A stretch of 64,000 nucleotides of DNA. Source: Acidobacteriota bacterium (GTDB lineage: Bacteria; Acidobacteriota; UBA6911; RPQK01; JAJDTT01). The stretch is taken from assembly GCA_965217775.1 (NCBI GenBank), contig CBDCJH010000002.1:1824001-1888000 (forward strand). The letters are read 5' to 3'. Below, piece by piece: positions 61,348 to 64,000 of the stretch (within the stretch, counting starts at the first letter, position 1; every line of letters begins with the position of its first letter). The notes beneath the pieces were generated by a model. That model had not been told where the DNA came from. It saw only the letters and a list, made by a program, of their open reading frames with translations, and did no database searches. The position numbers and the translations under genes were made by a program.

Positions 61348-61650
61348 CTACCAGCGGCCTCGACCGCTTTTCCGGTAACCGCCGCCACCGCCGCCGGACC
61401 GGTTCTCACGCGGACGTGCTTCGTTCACGGTCAGGGTCCTTCCGCCCAACTGAGTCCCGTTCAAGGCACTGATGGCCTTCTGGCCGTCCGCCTCGTCCAT
61501 CTCGACGAAACCGAAACCCCGAGACTGGCCGGTCATTCGATCCGTGATTACTCGAGCCGATTCCACAGGACCGTACTCGGAGAAGGTCTCCTCCAGCCGG
61601 TCATCCGTGATTGCGTAGGGCAGGCCCCCTACATAGATGTTCTTCTTCAT
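61348..61650 (-). CDS. RRM RNA-binding protein with Gly-rich tail
   Basis: RNP2 IYVGGL and RNP1 RGFGFVEM; AGGAGG RBS. Confidence 0.95.
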   Translation of the reverse strand: MKKNIYVGGLPYAITDDRLEETFSEYGPVESARVITDRMTGQSRGFGFVEMDEADGQKAISALNGTQLGGRTLTVNEARPRENRSGGGGGGYRKSGRGRW

Positions 61651-62297
61651 TTTCTCCTCCTAATGTTGTAAGAAATGGAGTTATCCACCCTGAGACACCA
61701 ACTGTAAACAGAGCAGGGCCCGATCCTGTGTAGTTGTACGATCTGATCGGGGATTCCTTTGGGAGTCTTTCGCAGGGAAGAAACTAGCTTGGGCTCTCAA
61801 CACCTGTTCTTCGGTGCTACCTGTCGAACCCTCTGCTGAATAAACCGCCGCGAGCATAGCCCTTCTTTCCATCGCTGTCAAAAGAACTTTGTCGTTAGTA
61901 CGTGAAGTCTCCGGTCCATGAGGTGCGAGATTTTGAAGGTTGCCCGTTTTCGTGGACGGTTGGGTGGTGCGGTTTCAATCGGTCTTAGTTGTAGTCCCCC
62001 ATCTATCGGTCAATTGCCATCGACGATGTCAGAGTTGTGGCCACCGACAGAGCGTTCTTTTTCAGTGGGGGGACTGATGGAGGCGTCAGTAGAAGGGCTG
62101 AGGTTGTGGGAAATCTCTGGTTTTCCACAACGGGATACCGTGTTCAGACTCCACCAAGAGGGATCAGAGCACGACAGAAGCTTTTTTTGGACCCTGACCC
62201 GCGCCCCTGACCCCCAATTTCGCAGCCTTTTCCAGTGCTAGCTGGGCAACGAAGCCGGGACATTGCGGAACGTCCGGACGCTTCCAGCCCAAATCGG

Positions 62298-63167
62298 CTA
62301 CTGAAAGGATTCATCGCACTCAGCGATGGTGTCAGGATCGGTAGCGACCTGATCGGCCCAGTCGCGAGTCTCGAACCAATATCGGCGGTGCAGTTCGAGC
62401 CAGCCATCGGCTTGGCGAACCGCAATCCAGCCATTGAAAAAATTCAAGGCATCGAGGTCACCTTTGCGCACGGCTATCGCCAGCACGTCCGAGGCAAACG
62501 GCTCTTCGAAGGGCAGGTGCAGGGTCTGCGGGTTGGATTCAACCCATGTGGTCCGCTTCGTCGCGACAGCTGCCGCAGCATGGGCGTTACCTGCAACGAC
62601 GGCCTCGAGGACCGCGTTGTCGGTATCAAAGAGCAGTAGTCTGGCCTCGGGAAAAACATTCTCGATGGCAGAGATTGACGAGGATCCCCGGCGGGTCGCG
62701 ATCGTGACACTGGAACTGTTGAAATCTGCCAGCGTTTCCAAGTCGGCGGTCTGCCTTTTATTCGCCACCAGGTAGACACCGGCCACGTTGTATGGTGACG
62801 TGAAATTGACCTTGATGTTGCGTTCCGGAAGGATCGTCATGCCACTGATAATCACGTCAAACTCCTCAGCAATCAGGGACGGAATGATATAGCTCCAATT
62901 CGTCCGCACGAAATCAACCTCCACCCCCATGTCCTCGGCCACTTTGGTCGCCACATCGATCTCAAAGCCGATCAGTTCGCCGTTCGCATTGCAGGCCGAC
63001 CAAGGCTCGAACAGGCCCAGACCGACTCTCAGCGTCCCACGGTCCTGGACCTCCTCAATGACGCTGTCAAACGACCACCAGGGGAGAATCTGGGCCGTCA
63101 CAGGAGAGTTGACACCTCCGATCAGGGCAGCAACGATCAAGCCACACACGACGTGCTTTCTGTGCAT
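62298..63167 (-). CDS. Polar amino acid ABC substrate-binding protein (family 3)
   Basis: RGTLRVG, GFEIDVA, FDVIISGMTI..ER, VNFTSPY; GGAGG before ATG 63167. Confidence 0.9.
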   Translation of the reverse strand: MHRKHVVCGLIVAALIGGVNSPVTAQILPWWSFDSVIEEVQDRGTLRVGLGLFEPWSACNANGELIGFEIDVATKVAEDMGVEVDFVRTNWSYIIPSLIAEEFDVIISGMTILPERNIKVNFTSPYNVAGVYLVANKRQTADLETLADFNSSSVTIATRRGSSSISAIENVFPEARLLLFDTDNAVLEAVVAGNAHAAAAVATKRTTWVESNPQTLHLPFEEPFASDVLAIAVRKGDLDALNFFNGWIAVRQADGWLELHRRYWFETRDWADQVATDPDTIAECDESFQ

Positions 63168-63472
63168 CAGACACCTCCGTCGAAGTAAAGATTCGCTCCG
63201 GAAGCGGGGGCCCCTTTTCTCGCGAGCTCGGATCAGCCCCAGAGTGCCCGGAGACACGAGCCAGAAGAGGATGACCAGACCCGACCGGGAGGGAACACCG
63301 TACAACAAGAGCACTTTGTTGTGTCCTGCCCGCCCTCTGGCTCTCCTGTTTTTTACGGCGGCCGCGGTCCTGCACCATCCCCTGCTGTCCTATTTCGGTG
63401 ATCTCATTCGGGTCAATAACATGGACTCTTCTCCCCGTTTTTCAGGACCTGAGAAACTTCGAGCTTAGGAAC

Positions 63473-63688
63473 ATGATCTGGAACCCGATTCTCATTGGAA
63501 TCTTGCTTTACTTGGCCGTCGCCATCCGGGGCCAGATTCGACACCTGAAACAGTTGGAGTTGTGCTTGAGTATTAGAATCGCCAGCCTGGAGACGCAGAT
63601 CAGAGATCTACAGGATTTCGTTGCCTGGATTGCAGATCGTACCCGGCGAAGGGAGATTCACCGGATTGGCATTGGAGATGGGCCCTAG
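63473..63688 (+). CDS. Small hypothetical membrane protein
   Basis: TM helix then coiled-coil; the stop codon falls within the MITE target CTAG. Confidence 0.4.
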   Translation: MIWNPILIGILLYLAVAIRGQIRHLKQLELCLSIRIASLETQIRDLQDFVAWIADRTRRREIHRIGIGDGP

Positions 63689-63846
63689 CAGTCCGTGGTG
63701 AAAGTCCCGCGAGCACCGAGACCGTTCCTGCGCCCGCCGGACAAGGCGCGATTCGGGTGCATACCGGGAGTATGTGCTCGAATCGCAACGCCGTCCGCCG
63801 GGATGCAGGGACGGTCGAATGCCGTGATGACTTTTGCCACGGGCTG
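63689..63846. mobile_element. MITE family A copy with CTAG target duplication
   Basis: CTAG-CAGTCCGTGGTGAAAGTC...GACTTTTGCCACGGGCTG-CTAG; nearly identical to the 38287 copy. Confidence 0.92.
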
Positions 63847-63930
63847 CTAGTAACCGCATCTTCAGGAAGACCCGCGCCATCGGAACCGAATGGCATCCAG
63901 GGGAAGGAACACTCGGAGGAATTCAAGACC

Positions 63931-64000
63931 ATGATCGGACAATTTCTGGTACGGCTGGCAGTCTTACTGTTCTGCGTTTCGATTCTCATGGGCCGCTCGG
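63931..64000 (+). CDS. Start of a probable secreted protein (partial)
   Basis: GGAGG RBS, then MIGQFLVRLAVLLFCVSILMG. Confidence 0.45.
   Translation, partial: MIGQFLVRLAVLLFCVSILMGRS

Overview
GC-rich bacterial DNA with two parts. Positions ~1-37.6 kb hold mostly intact metabolic and transport genes: a PLP aminotransferase, a five-gene peptide ABC operon, tRNA-Arg(CCG) and tRNA-Glu(TTC), Fic, CbiX-like, ferredoxin, di-haem peroxidase, PhyH dioxygenases, hflX, a TonB receptor and hydrolases. REP-like palindromes and two MITE families are scattered among them. Positions ~37.6-61.3 kb form a mosaic accessory region, with decayed copies of the 36068-37579 gene, toxin-antitoxin modules and remnants, chimeric gene fragments, putA and a 5'-truncated IS1634 transposase. 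Main observations: (1) a TPR-TlpA redoxin whose CxxC site reads UGA-G-A-C with a SECIS-like hairpin (a probable selenoprotein), interrupted by an in-frame 158-bp MITE with an ATAT target duplication; (2) a His-rich exported leader peptide ending in RGPP, followed by a structured intergenic region, upstream of a ZnuD-like receptor (a candidate metal-sensing arrest-peptide switch); (3) twelve co-oriented copies of a ~22-bp GAGAA..ACTGTCCCCTTCTC hairpin, several sitting at breakpoints of truncated or chimeric genes; (4) repeated copies of one gene's 3' end that delimit the accessory blocks; (5) a double-Cache/ABC substrate-binding fusion. All family assignments come from motif recognition by eye, not database searches.
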